A stretch of DNA of 64,000 nt from the sequence record SRR31156797_505; one strand, written 5' to 3'. Shown piece after piece: positions 20,266 through 29,500 of this stretch. The position numbers were made by a program, and so were the translations under genes. The notes under the pieces are model-generated. The model was not told the origin of the DNA, did not search any database, and saw only the letters and a list, made by a program, of their open reading frames with translations. Positions within the stretch are counted from its first letter, which is position 1, and each line of letters begins with the position of its first letter.

Positions 20266-22036
20266 CTCTTTTCAGCTTAACTATAAAACGTGCTCCATTT
20301 TCTGTATTTTCGAAAAAGATATCACCTTTCAGATGTTTCTGAAGTATCGTCTTACACATATAAAGTCCTATACCTAGCCCTTTCCCCTCATCTTTTGTGC
20401 TGAAATAAGGATCGAATATCTGAGGTATTATATGCTCAGGGATTCCGCCGCCAGTATCTTCGATCGATATAGATATATCGTCAAGTTTTTGAGTGATGCT
20501 TATGGTCATAAGACGCTCAGTATCTCCTGAATCAATGATTGCATCTTTCGCATTGCTCAAAAGGTTCAGGACAACCTGCTTGAGCTCCCCTGAAAACCCT
20601 ACGGTGGAAAGAGCCATGCTGTCACAGTAAAAGGTCAGGTTTTTTTTATCTACGGAACATTTCTCAGTGTCACAACTGCAAGTGATGTCTAGTTTGATCT
20701 TATGGTGCTTCAGCTCCGGATTTATAAGCCGGAGGCAATTCATCACTGTGGCTATGATGCTAAACTGTTCACGATTATTTTCTCTTTGAAAAAATCCACG
20801 GAAATCATCAATGGTATCAGACATAAAGGTGATGATCTCAGCTTGTTTTCTGAATGTTTCATCCTGAGATGAACCGTACATCTCGTTATCTTGCCACTGC
20901 TCCTGAAGGAGCTGTGAGATGAGATAAATATTGTTAAGCGGCTGTCTCCACTGGTGAGAGATAGATGATATCATCTGCCCCATATCAGCAAACTTCTGCT
21001 GTTCGAATAGAACCTGCTCGCTATCCAGTCTTTTATTAATCTCTTCATCAATTCGCTTCTGCAAACTGTTATTTAATGCTTGAAGCTCAATGGTCTTCTG
21101 CCTTACCTGACCTCTCGCATATATAACTATGGCTGTCAGCAGCAGCATAATAATGACTAGCCCGCCAAAAGAGTATGAGAACCATTTAGGTACGGCTGGT
21201 GTGACATTTTTACTGGTGATATTGTCGCCGAAATGTTTTGTCATGAGGTTATAGTAGTATGAGTTATTATCATTCATGATTTTTCTCATATGGAAGTCTA
21301 TTCTTCTCGAGAGATAGTCCGATTTTTGAAGACCTTTTGGGAAGGCAAACATTAAAGATACCGGCTGAATGAGTATCGGTGTTTTTTCTATCGGGTGGTT
21401 TAAGGCGTAGTCATCGCCATAGTTTCTGTTGGTTATGACAGCATCGGCAAACCCGTCTATTAATGCCTGAAAAACCTCTCCATAGCTTTGCATCTCTACT
21501 ATTGTGCATTTAAGGTTAAAGCTTTGGACAAGTCTTTTTATGCCGTCAGGTCCTTCGAGGTTAACACTCCCTAGCAATCCCGCAATCCGCTTACCACGGA
21601 GGTCTTCGAGGGAGCTTATCCGGTCATCACCAGACCTGATGTAAACACGGCTCCAGCTAGCCATGACAGGGATTCTGGCAAAGTGATAAGCTTGCGCTCT
21701 GTCAGGAGTGAAAGCGACATCAAGCATTATGTCTATTTTATTTTCTTTTAGATTTTTAAGTCCCTGACCCCAGTCGTTGTATACATATTCGATCTCCCAG
21801 TTTTCCTCTTCGGCGATGTACTCTATGAGGTCAGCCCAGAAGCCGACAACTTTGCCTTCGCTGTTTAAGCCTATTTTGGGAGAATTTTCGTACGCTCCAA
21901 CTTTTATAATCTGTTTTTCTGATGCGAACGCAAAGGTAGTGAGGATAAAAATAAGGGCAAATATAAACGTAATTGTTGCCGGAAAGTTAACAAAAGCTCT
22001 ATCCGGCTTGCAGGATTTAGATAGAATCACAATCAC
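20255..22036 (-). CDS. Sensor histidine kinase with periplasmic solute-binding (PBP family 3) domain
   Basis: SBP domain, TM helix, H-box ISHQWRQPL, N-box QVVLNLLSNAKDA, DTGGGI, FDPYFSTK and GLGIGL. The start may be the GTG at 22030. Confidence 0.92.
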   Translation of the reverse strand: MIVILSKSCKPDRAFVNFPATITFIFALIFILTTFAFASEKQIIKVGAYENSPKIGLNSEGKVVGFWADLIEYIAEEENWEIEYVYNDWGQGLKNLKENKIDIMLDVAFTPDRAQAYHFARIPVMASWSRVYIRSGDDRISSLEDLRGKRIAGLLGSVNLEGPDGIKRLVQSFNLKCTIVEMQSYGEVFQALIDGFADAVITNRNYGDDYALNHPIEKTPILIQPVSLMFAFPKGLQKSDYLSRRIDFHMRKIMNDNNSYYYNLMTKHFGDNITSKNVTPAVPKWFSYSFGGLVIIMLLLTAIVIYARGQVRQKTIELQALNNSLQKRIDEEINKRLDSEQVLFEQQKFADMGQMISSISHQWRQPLNNIYLISQLLQEQWQDNEMYGSSQDETFRKQAEIITFMSDTIDDFRGFFQRENNREQFSIIATVMNCLRLINPELKHHKIKLDITCSCDTEKCSVDKKNLTFYCDSMALSTVGFSGELKQVVLNLLSNAKDAIIDSGDTERLMTISITQKLDDISISIEDTGGGIPEHIIPQIFDPYFSTKDEGKGLGIGLYMCKTILQKHLKGDIFFENTENGARFIVKLKRVTE

Positions 22037-22093
22037 TCCCCTCTATTTAATAATAAAGGGGAATTAAAATTATTTAAATAGAAATACTAATAA

Positions 22094-22333
22094 TTAGTAA
22101 TTCTTACCTGCTGCCATAACATTATCCGGTGCAAAAGCGTGGCAAGGTGTTACGCCGTAAACCATCCCGCATTCGCATTTGGTTTCGAATGTGTACATCT
22201 GAAAGTTTTCACCGCAATCCTCACATTTTATTTCAAGGGGCAGTGGTATAGGGTTAGAAGAGAATCCCATATTTCTGAGTTTATCAACGATCTGTTTTCC
22301 TGATTCAAAGCTTCCGCTGCATCCGTCGTGCAT
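22094..22333 (-). CDS. Small Cys/His-rich conserved hypothetical protein
   Basis: MHDGCSG...CEDC...CECG.VYGVTPCH, with AAGGAG RBS. Confidence 0.8.
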   Translation of the reverse strand: MHDGCSGSFESGKQIVDKLRNMGFSSNPIPLPLEIKCEDCGENFQMYTFETKCECGMVYGVTPCHAFAPDNVMAAGKNY

Positions 22334-22364
22334 ATCATACTCCTTACTATTTCTTTATGATTGT

Positions 22365-22407
22365 AAGATAGCAGACGCTGGGGAAATAAAATTTGACGTC
22401 AGTCAAA
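22365..22407 (-). promoter_or_regulatory. Class II Crp/Fnr-type promoter
   Basis: Palindrome TTTGAC-GTCA-GTCAAA (22392-22407). It is centred at -41.5 relative to an extended -10 TGcTATCTT (22373-22365, minus strand). Confidence 0.7.
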
Positions 22408-22768
22408 AAATGAGAAAAAAAGCGGTCCAGAACCATATGGCCCCGGTAATTATGAATGATGTGAATACCATAGCGCTTCCAGCATCTTTTGCGGCCTTAG
22501 CTTTCAGGTCGTATTTCATCGTTACAAGGTCTACGTTACGCTCGATAGCACTATTGGCTAGCTCAGCGAAAAGAGGCAAAAAGGTCGATGTTGAAAGTAT
22601 TGCTTTTGCTAGGAGGGGGATTGGGAGGAATAAAAAAACGATCTGGCAAACTATAAAAATATACACTTCGATCTTGAATGAGGACTCATTTTTAAAGACC
22701 TCAATAAGACCTTGAATTGCAAAAGATGTATTCTTAAAAAGACCGAATTTCGGTTTGTTAAGCGACAT
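22403..22768 (-). CDS. dgkA: Diacylglycerol kinase (DgkA family)
   Basis: ESSFKIE, ELANSAIERNVDL and AKAAKDAGSA. Three TM segments. Confidence 0.9.
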   Translation of the reverse strand: MSLNKPKFGLFKNTSFAIQGLIEVFKNESSFKIEVYIFIVCQIVFLFLPIPLLAKAILSTSTFLPLFAELANSAIERNVDLVTMKYDLKAKAAKDAGSAMVFTSFIITGAIWFWTAFFLIF

Positions 22769-22863
22769 GTTGTTCTCCGTTTATTTCGTTACTATTAGAA
22801 AGTTGCCTTTGTATCTAGGAGAATTGCAAATGATTCTCCATAAGGATACGGGTATGAGCCTGC

Positions 22864-24963
22864 TTATTTAAAGAGCCCGTCCAGCCCGAGTGTATCCCAG
22901 AAGTTCCATAGGTTCATGTAAAAAGCATCAAACCTCATCCCTGCCACCTGTTCCTCTTCCCTATGCCAGAAGTATAAGTCGCTTACAGGGTAGAGATATC
23001 CGAAATCATATGAAGTGTGGCTCTGCATCTTTCTCGCTATTAGTGAAACAGGGTAGCGGTAGTTTGACTCCATATTTTTTACAATGTATCTAGCTTTTTT
23101 GCGGGTCTTTCTGGCGTCATTCATGAGGTTGTCGAAATAATACTTTGATGAATCTTTCAGGTTGTGGTTACGGTATGCTCCTGCGAGCATGGTGTAGCTC
23201 CTGTGTTCCGACCGGAGTGCAGTGATTTCAAGAGATTTAATTATCTCCTTTCTCATGGCATCCCTGACAGAATCAGTAGGCTGTGCGTTGTTCCTGAGTG
23301 CGTGAGCGACAAAGTTCATATCGTCTGAAAATTCCACAAGCATCTCAGCTTCTTTTTTGATCTTCTCTCTGTGTTCTCTACCCACAAAAGGTATGGCTGC
23401 CTTTACCATAGAATAATCGCCTGTCGGCTGAAAACTCTTATTAAAAGGCCACGGAAGCTCTTCAAAAGGAGTCTTTGCGGATAGGAGGCTTATCAGTTTT
23501 TCATCTTTAAGATATTCGTCCTGCACATTTGTAGCATAGTTGAATAGTGCTTCTGCATCATCTACGAATACATCAGCGAGCACTGACACGGGGGAAGTTT
23601 TGTGGATATTCCCGTTTGTGGCGAATTCCCACGACCAGCGTGCAATACTGTAGTCGATAACCCAGTATCCCCACTCCCAGCCGGAGGTAAATGTTACATG
23701 CCCGTCTATCCCCTGATCAGCGAGGACGCTGATGTCGTCGTGTCTGCTTTTTAGGTATGGGAGCAGAAAGAGCGGAACAGATGTGTCGAATGTAACCCAG
23801 TAGGAGGATTCCGGCCAGTACCAAGTCTCTCTGTCGTGCTTTAAGTCCTGCATCATGTCAAACATGAACTGCTGGTTTTTATTTCCGTAAACCGGCGCTT
23901 CCTCTTCTGTGAGAGAGTAAAACATCACCGAGTGGATTATTATTCCTGTGCATTCCGGACTTTTAGTGTGGTCACGCTTAATGACGTGAGTGTTCTCCAT
24001 CACGTTTATGCCGTACTTCTTTTTTATAGATTGAATGAGATATTTTTTCTGCCCCGGCATCAGCACGGACAGGTCTGGGAGGTATTCCCCCATTGTAAAA
24101 TCTATGCTGAGGAAATCGAGCGGAACCTGAGTAAGCCATTCGAGGTTGTCATCTATCTGTGTCTTGTATGACTTCAGAGGTTTCAGCAGGTTTACCATCT
24201 GGAACGCCTTCTGCTGAAGGGTGGAGAGGCTTATGACTGCCCCGGTAAGTATTCCCCGTTCTCTGGCGTAGTTAACGTACTGAGTGGCGTATTCTGTCCA
24301 GCTATCACGGTCTACTGTGCGCAGCAGCCAGAACTGCATGACGTTTTGTCCATTTCGGACAAGCCAGTTTATATACTCTTTAACATCTTTCAGAGCTGTG
24401 CCGTCCATACTGCTGTGAAGCTGTTCTGTGAGTTCCATGGGGTGCATTGTGTGCAGGTGAAACCCGCGCTTGTTAAACAGCGGCTTACCTGTGAAAGTAA
24501 ATTCGTTCTCCAGAGGCCACTCTTTAAGGTTTGGTATGAATGTATTTTTCGGGTGATAAAACCGGAAGCCGAGCTTCTCTTGCAGTAGTCCGTAAAGACC
24601 GAATACAAGCCCCATCTCACTAGGTGAAGATAGAGTCAAAGTGAGACCCTCCGAAGAGGGCCTCGACTTCCATGTGTAAAACTGTACAGGATAAAAAATG
24701 CTAGAGGGGAAATCTCTTGCAGTTGAAAATTCTTGTTTGCTCGTCAGCTTCAGAGTGATGTTAAGCTCTGCCGCCGGACCGTTTAATGTGATGTTGTTGC
24801 CGTCGAAGCTCTCTTCCAGTAGAGCCTTAACGTCACCCACCGTAATAGAGACAGGCGAGCTGCTTAAAAGTTTATTATTTATTTGAAAATTTAAAAAGTT
24901 TTTTTCCGCCATGGCTGAGGTCGCAGTGAGCATCAGGGTGAGCAGTATAAAAACTCTGAGCAT
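22864..24963 (-). CDS. Large exported hypothetical protein (possible glycoside-hydrolase-like architecture)
   Basis: Signal peptide MLRVFILLTLMLTATSAMA, 'GLVFGLYGLLQEKLGFRFYHP' and 'RGFHLHTMHP'. Trp/Tyr-rich C-terminal half. Confidence 0.7.
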   Translation of the reverse strand: MLRVFILLTLMLTATSAMAEKNFLNFQINNKLLSSSPVSITVGDVKALLEESFDGNNITLNGPAAELNITLKLTSKQEFSTARDFPSSIFYPVQFYTWKSRPSSEGLTLTLSSPSEMGLVFGLYGLLQEKLGFRFYHPKNTFIPNLKEWPLENEFTFTGKPLFNKRGFHLHTMHPMELTEQLHSSMDGTALKDVKEYINWLVRNGQNVMQFWLLRTVDRDSWTEYATQYVNYARERGILTGAVISLSTLQQKAFQMVNLLKPLKSYKTQIDDNLEWLTQVPLDFLSIDFTMGEYLPDLSVLMPGQKKYLIQSIKKKYGINVMENTHVIKRDHTKSPECTGIIIHSVMFYSLTEEEAPVYGNKNQQFMFDMMQDLKHDRETWYWPESSYWVTFDTSVPLFLLPYLKSRHDDISVLADQGIDGHVTFTSGWEWGYWVIDYSIARWSWEFATNGNIHKTSPVSVLADVFVDDAEALFNYATNVQDEYLKDEKLISLLSAKTPFEELPWPFNKSFQPTGDYSMVKAAIPFVGREHREKIKKEAEMLVEFSDDMNFVAHALRNNAQPTDSVRDAMRKEIIKSLEITALRSEHRSYTMLAGAYRNHNLKDSSKYYFDNLMNDARKTRKKARYIVKNMESNYRYPVSLIARKMQSHTSYDFGYLYPVSDLYFWHREEEQVAGMRFDAFYMNLWNFWDTLGLDGLFK

Positions 24964-25079
24964 GTATATCTCCGCAAAGGTATATTGTCGGGTAATCCGC
25001 AGAATAATAGTATGTTCGCTGAGTTTATTTAGCAAGGTTTGTCAGTTAATATTATTGTCAGGGAAAAGTGTGGAAAATG

Positions 25080-26684
25080 TTAGTCGAAATCAGGTCTCTG
25101 AAGGACTTCTATATCTTCGAGTTTCCCGTCAAAATCTCTGAGGAGTTTATTGACAAGTTCGTCTTCCTTCGCTTCCTGCTTAACTTTCTTCTCGTGAAAG
25201 GTTTCTATGGTTTGTTTTTTCTCAACTATGCTTTTTTTTTTGCCGTCCTGTTCGAGGATCGTTTTAACTTCAGATATGCTTTCGAAAGCTTCCGAGATTA
25301 TCCGGTTAAGAGCCTGAACATTTTGCGCCCGGTTTACAAAGTCGAAGTAAAACTTTTTCTCCGGGGAGAATCCGATAGTGAGAACACCGTCAAGGATATG
25401 AACTATATACCCGTGTCCGAGCATAGATGAGAGTGATGCACTTGTCGCCTCTACAGCTTTTACAATGTTGTTCATCTCCATATCAGTGCTGTTAAGGGTT
25501 GGCTCGGATGAGACAGGAGCGGAAGGTTTGTTCGCCACGGCAGGTTTAGATGCCGGTGCAGATGTACCCTGATCACTTACAAGCGCCTTAGAAGAGATCA
25601 CAGAGCCGATGTTTGCAGCTTTATACATGCCGAACTCGAATATGTACTGCTCAAAGCTGAAAAACTTAAGGTCGTTCAAAAGTTTCTGGAAGACCTGAAA
25701 GAGTGCGTAGAGCCTCTGTTCTGATGTTACAGAAGCGAGTTCTTTATAATACTCATTCTCTTTAGAGGTGAGCTCTTTAATCTCTTTCTTGGTGATAAGA
25801 ACCATGAGGAGATTTCTGTTGTGAGCTATAAGGGTTTCAGTTGCAAAGGCGAAGTTAACACCCTTAGCTGAAAGCTCTTCGATCGCTTCGGGTATCTCCT
25901 GCGGCTCCTCTTTGATGATGTGAGCAAAGAGATTATCCACCAGTGACTTTTCAGAAAAGCCAAGGAGGAAAGATGTACTCTGTTCGTCAAGCTTACCGCC
26001 GGTGAAAGCGATAATCTGATCCAGGAGCGAGAGAGAATCCCTCATGCATCCGTCAGAGTTTCTGACTACTAGGTTGAGAGCATCTTTTTCATACTCAATC
26101 TCTTCAGAGTCTAGAGCGCCTGCGAGACTGTCGTACATGATTTCAAAAGGGATCTTGTTGAAGTCATATTTCTGACAGCGGGAGATTATGGTCGCAGGTA
26201 ATCTCTGCGGGTCTGTTGTAGCGAGGATGAACATTACATATTCCGGCGGTTCCTCGAGTGTTTTGAGCAGAGCGTTAAAAGCGTGCTCGGTGAGCATGTG
26301 AACCTCGTCTATGATATAGACTTTGTGTTTGCACTTAACAGGGAGGAAGCGCACGGCCTCCCTAAGCTCACGAATCTCGTCGATACCACGGTTCGATGCA
26401 CCGTCGATCTCTACCACATCCATTGATGTACCGGAGGTTATCTCCGTGCAGTTGTCACATTTATTGCAAGGGTTTGAACCGTTCGGTTCCAGGCAATTTA
26501 CAGCCTTTGCGAGAATACGTGCGGCACTGGTTTTACCCACGCCTCTAGGCCCTGTGAACAGGTATGCATGGGCTACTCTGCCCATCTCTATGGAGTTTTT
26601 AAGGGTGGTTACCACAAACTCCTGTCCTGAAAGCTCATCAAAATTTTGAGGTCTTAGTTTTCTCGCTAATGCAACGTATGACAT
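25080..26684 (-). CDS. dnaX: DNA polymerase III subunit gamma/tau
   Basis: MSYVALARKLRPQ, GPRGVGKT, C-x8-C-x2-C-x2-C zinc motif, DEVHML, NALLKTLEEP and SRC. Confidence 0.97.
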   Translation of the reverse strand: MSYVALARKLRPQNFDELSGQEFVVTTLKNSIEMGRVAHAYLFTGPRGVGKTSAARILAKAVNCLEPNGSNPCNKCDNCTEITSGTSMDVVEIDGASNRGIDEIRELREAVRFLPVKCKHKVYIIDEVHMLTEHAFNALLKTLEEPPEYVMFILATTDPQRLPATIISRCQKYDFNKIPFEIMYDSLAGALDSEEIEYEKDALNLVVRNSDGCMRDSLSLLDQIIAFTGGKLDEQSTSFLLGFSEKSLVDNLFAHIIKEEPQEIPEAIEELSAKGVNFAFATETLIAHNRNLLMVLITKKEIKELTSKENEYYKELASVTSEQRLYALFQVFQKLLNDLKFFSFEQYIFEFGMYKAANIGSVISSKALVSDQGTSAPASKPAVANKPSAPVSSEPTLNSTDMEMNNIVKAVEATSASLSSMLGHGYIVHILDGVLTIGFSPEKKFYFDFVNRAQNVQALNRIISEAFESISEVKTILEQDGKKKSIVEKKQTIETFHEKKVKQEAKEDELVNKLLRDFDGKLEDIEVLQRPDFD

Positions 26685-26765
26685 ATAATGAAGTTAGAAT
26701 ATGTGAAGCAAAATGTAAAGGTCAATATTGTGTAAATCAGGTTGGTTCTCAAGGACAAATGGACG

Positions 26766-26794
26766 AAAAAAAGCGGTGATTTTACACACCGCTT
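26766..26794 (-). terminator. Rho-independent terminator after the IclR gene
   Basis: AAGCGGTG-attttaca-CACCGCTT preceded by an A run, which is a T tail on the minus strand. Confidence 0.75.
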
Positions 26795-26805
26795 ACTAAT
26801 GTTTT

Positions 26806-26884
26806 TATCAGCATCACATCCAGATGCGCAAAACGAGGAACTTTAAAATGTATCCCCACTTAGTGATTAGCCAGTAGGCGCTGC
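26806..26884 (-). repeat. Dispersed ~75-bp element, copy B
   Basis: The minus strand reads GCAGCGCCTACTGGCTAATCACTAAGTGG...CCTCGTTTTGCGCATCTGGATGTGATGCTGATA directly after the IclR TAG. It matches 8346-8419. Confidence 0.75.
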
Positions 26885-27670
26885 CTACTCTTGGAAACCG
26901 AGACGTTTTGATATCTCTCTGGCATACTTGCGTGCTACAGGGAGGATCTCAGACTCCATACGCTCCTGAGTCATACGGCAAGCAGGACCAGTAACGGAGA
27001 GAGCAGCGACAGGCACACCGAGGTAGTCCTTGATAGGGACTGCGATGCAGCGGACTCTGTTTTCGAACTCTTCGTTATCGAAAGCGTAGTTATCAACTGC
27101 GACCTTTTTAAGCTCTTTTTTAAGAACCGGAAGTGATGTCACAGTGTAGTCGGTATATCTTTTGAGCCTTGCGCCCATGTATATCTTGTTTATCTCTTCT
27201 TCGGATGAGTATGCAAGCTGGACTTTACCTATAGCAGTGCAGTATGCAGGAACATCTTTACCTACACGGCTGATAACACGAACAGGTAGTCCTGTTTCAG
27301 CTATGTCGAGGTATATGACGTTGCCTTCACGAAGAATCCCTATATAAACTGACTCGTTCACTTCAGAGACGATTTTCTCCATAAATGGGCGGGACAGCTT
27401 TAGGATACCGAGCTTATTGACAAACTTCTGACCGAGGTTGAAGATGCCGATACCGAGTCGATAATTTTCTGTATTAAAATTTTGCTCGATGTAGCCTCTT
27501 GATGCGAGGGTAGCGAGCAGTCTAAACACGTTGTTTTTGTGAAGACCGAGAGATTTACTCAGCTCTGTTACTCCGAACTCGTCTTTATTTTCAGCATTCC
27601 TGAAAACTTCGAAAAGCTGCAGTGCGTGATAGACAGACTGAACTGGTTTGACTTCTGGTTTGTAAACCAT
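26885..27670 (-). CDS. IclR-family transcriptional regulator
   Basis: VQSV..AL, GVTELSKSLGLHK..VFRLLATL, AYCTAIGK, DNEE and CIAVPI. Confidence 0.93.
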   Translation of the reverse strand: MVYKPEVKPVQSVYHALQLFEVFRNAENKDEFGVTELSKSLGLHKNNVFRLLATLASRGYIEQNFNTENYRLGIGIFNLGQKFVNKLGILKLSRPFMEKIVSEVNESVYIGILREGNVIYLDIAETGLPVRVISRVGKDVPAYCTAIGKVQLAYSSEEEINKIYMGARLKRYTDYTVTSLPVLKKELKKVAVDNYAFDNEEFENRVRCIAVPIKDYLGVPVAALSVTGPACRMTQERMESEILPVARKYAREISKRLGFQE

Positions 27671-27846
27671 TGGGAACTCCTTAGTTATAACTCTAAATCA
27701 ATTATAAAATAATGTTATATCGTGTACAAGTCTTTTCTCAGAAGTAAAACATATATAGGCATTTCAGGGAAGTAAAAAGTAACTAAATCTTGTGTATTTT
27801 TATAATAAACTGATATAATCCGGCAGAAAAATTGTAAAGGTAGAAG

Positions 27847-28614
27847 ATGCAAAGTAAATTACCCATTTCCGTAGCGATCATTTCATTTAACGAAGAGGCG
27901 AATATCGCCCGCACTCTTGAGGCTGTTGAGCCTTTTGTGAGCGAGATAATTGTTGTAGATTCGCACTCCAATGATAAAACCTGTGAGATAGCGGAGAGCT
28001 TTGGCGCAAAAGTCTTTGTTGAGGACTGGAAAGGTCACGTGGCACAGAAGAATTCTGCACTGGAGAAGTGCACCTGTGAATGGATTTTGAGTCTTGATTG
28101 TGATGAGGTTGTAGATGATGAGCTTGCGCAATCGATAAAGAATGCTGTTGAAAAACCGACATCTGACGGATTTATCGTTAATCGAAAGACTTATTATATG
28201 GGTAAATACCTCGACTATTCCTGGCAGCCAGACTGGAAGCTGAGGCTGGTGCGGAGAGATAAATCTCCTCAGTGGGGCGGTTACGACCCGCATGATGTGC
28301 TGAGCATTCAGGGCAGTACGGAGAAGCTTAAATCAGGTTTCCTTCTGCACTATTCATACAAAGATATTTACGACCATTACCAGAGGCTTGTGAAGTATGC
28401 TAAGGTTGCGGCTCAGTCTTATGATAAGAACGGGAAGAAATTTTCATATTTCGGTCTTTATGCTAAGCCGGCTTACGCTTTTGTTAAGAAATATTTTATA
28501 AAGCTAGGTTTTATGGACGGATTTGCCGGGCTGGCTGTTGCAGTCAGCTCATTTATATATGTATATTTGAAATATCTCTTCCTCAAAGAGATACAGGAAG
28601 AGAAAAATGGCTAA
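27847..28614 (+). CDS. Family 2 glycosyltransferase (LPS core, WaaE/KdtX-like)
   Basis: ISVAIISFNEE, VDSHSND.T, WILSLDCDE and GFMDG..G. Adjacent to lpxK. Confidence 0.9.
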   Translation: MQSKLPISVAIISFNEEANIARTLEAVEPFVSEIIVVDSHSNDKTCEIAESFGAKVFVEDWKGHVAQKNSALEKCTCEWILSLDCDEVVDDELAQSIKNAVEKPTSDGFIVNRKTYYMGKYLDYSWQPDWKLRLVRRDKSPQWGGYDPHDVLSIQGSTEKLKSGFLLHYSYKDIYDHYQRLVKYAKVAAQSYDKNGKKFSYFGLYAKPAYAFVKKYFIKLGFMDGFAGLAVAVSSFIYVYLKYLFLKEIQEEKNG

Positions 28615-29500
28615 TATCATATCTGTTGGAAATATATCTATGGGTGGAACTGGGAAAACTCCGTTCACCATCATGCTCGCAAAGCACTATATTGCAAAAG
28701 GTTTTAAAGTCTGCATCCTGTCACGTGGATATAAGGGGCGTATAGGTTACGACACTCATGTTATCAGTGATGGAAAGGAGATATTAGTCGGCCCTGATAA
28801 GGCTGCTGATGAACCTTACATGATGGCTGTAAATTGCCCGGAGGCGATTGTTATCACTGGTAAGGAACGTGTGCGGTCATACGAGCTTGCTGAGAAGAAG
28901 TTTAAGCCGGATGTTTATCTGCTTGATGACGGCTTTCAGCATAAGGCGATGAAGCGTGATGTCAATATTTGCCTGCTCGACCATCAGAGACCAGTTTCTA
29001 CTGGTTTTATGTTCCCTTTCGGTTATCTGCGTGAGCCTGCGTCAGCTCTTGAACGTGCGGATATAATCATCTTCACCAGAGCGAAGGATGATACCATCCC
29101 TGAGAGGGTGATGAAACACGTTAAAGACAAGCCCGTATTTTTCAGTAATGTTGACTATGCCGGGATATATAATGAAGAGGGTAAAACCGATATCAGCCTT
29201 AAAGGTAAAAAAGTTTACGCCTTTGCGGGGATTGCATCGCCCAGAAAGTTTTTTAAATTTATCAAATCACTCGGCGCCGAGTTCTTAAGCGGGAAGCTTT
29301 ACTCTGATCATCATACATACTGCGGACGTGACACATACGTTATTGAGCGTAAAGCACGTGAGCTTGAGGCTGAGATGATCCTCACTACAGAGAAGGATTA
29401 TGTGAAACTGCCTGATGATGTGAAAGCTAATATGCACTATCTGAAGATCGATATAAACCTTCGAAATGCTCAGGAATTATTTAATATAATCGGAGTTTAA
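28607..29500 (+). CDS. lpxK: Tetraacyldisaccharide 4'-kinase
   Basis: ISVGNISMGGTGKTP, SRGY, DEP, LDDGFQH, G.LREP and TTEKD. Confidence 0.95.
   Translation: MANIISVGNISMGGTGKTPFTIMLAKHYIAKGFKVCILSRGYKGRIGYDTHVISDGKEILVGPDKAADEPYMMAVNCPEAIVITGKERVRSYELAEKKFKPDVYLLDDGFQHKAMKRDVNICLLDHQRPVSTGFMFPFGYLREPASALERADIIIFTRAKDDTIPERVMKHVKDKPVFFSNVDYAGIYNEEGKTDISLKGKKVYAFAGIASPRKFFKFIKSLGAEFLSGKLYSDHHTYCGRDTYVIERKARELEAEMILTTEKDYVKLPDDVKANMHYLKIDINLRNAQELFNIIGV

Noticed and set aside
26685..26884. SRP RNA (ffs), often found upstream of dnaX
   Set aside because: No SRP domain IV motif (CAGG...GGAA.GCAGC) on either strand. The region is explained by a terminator and a repeat.
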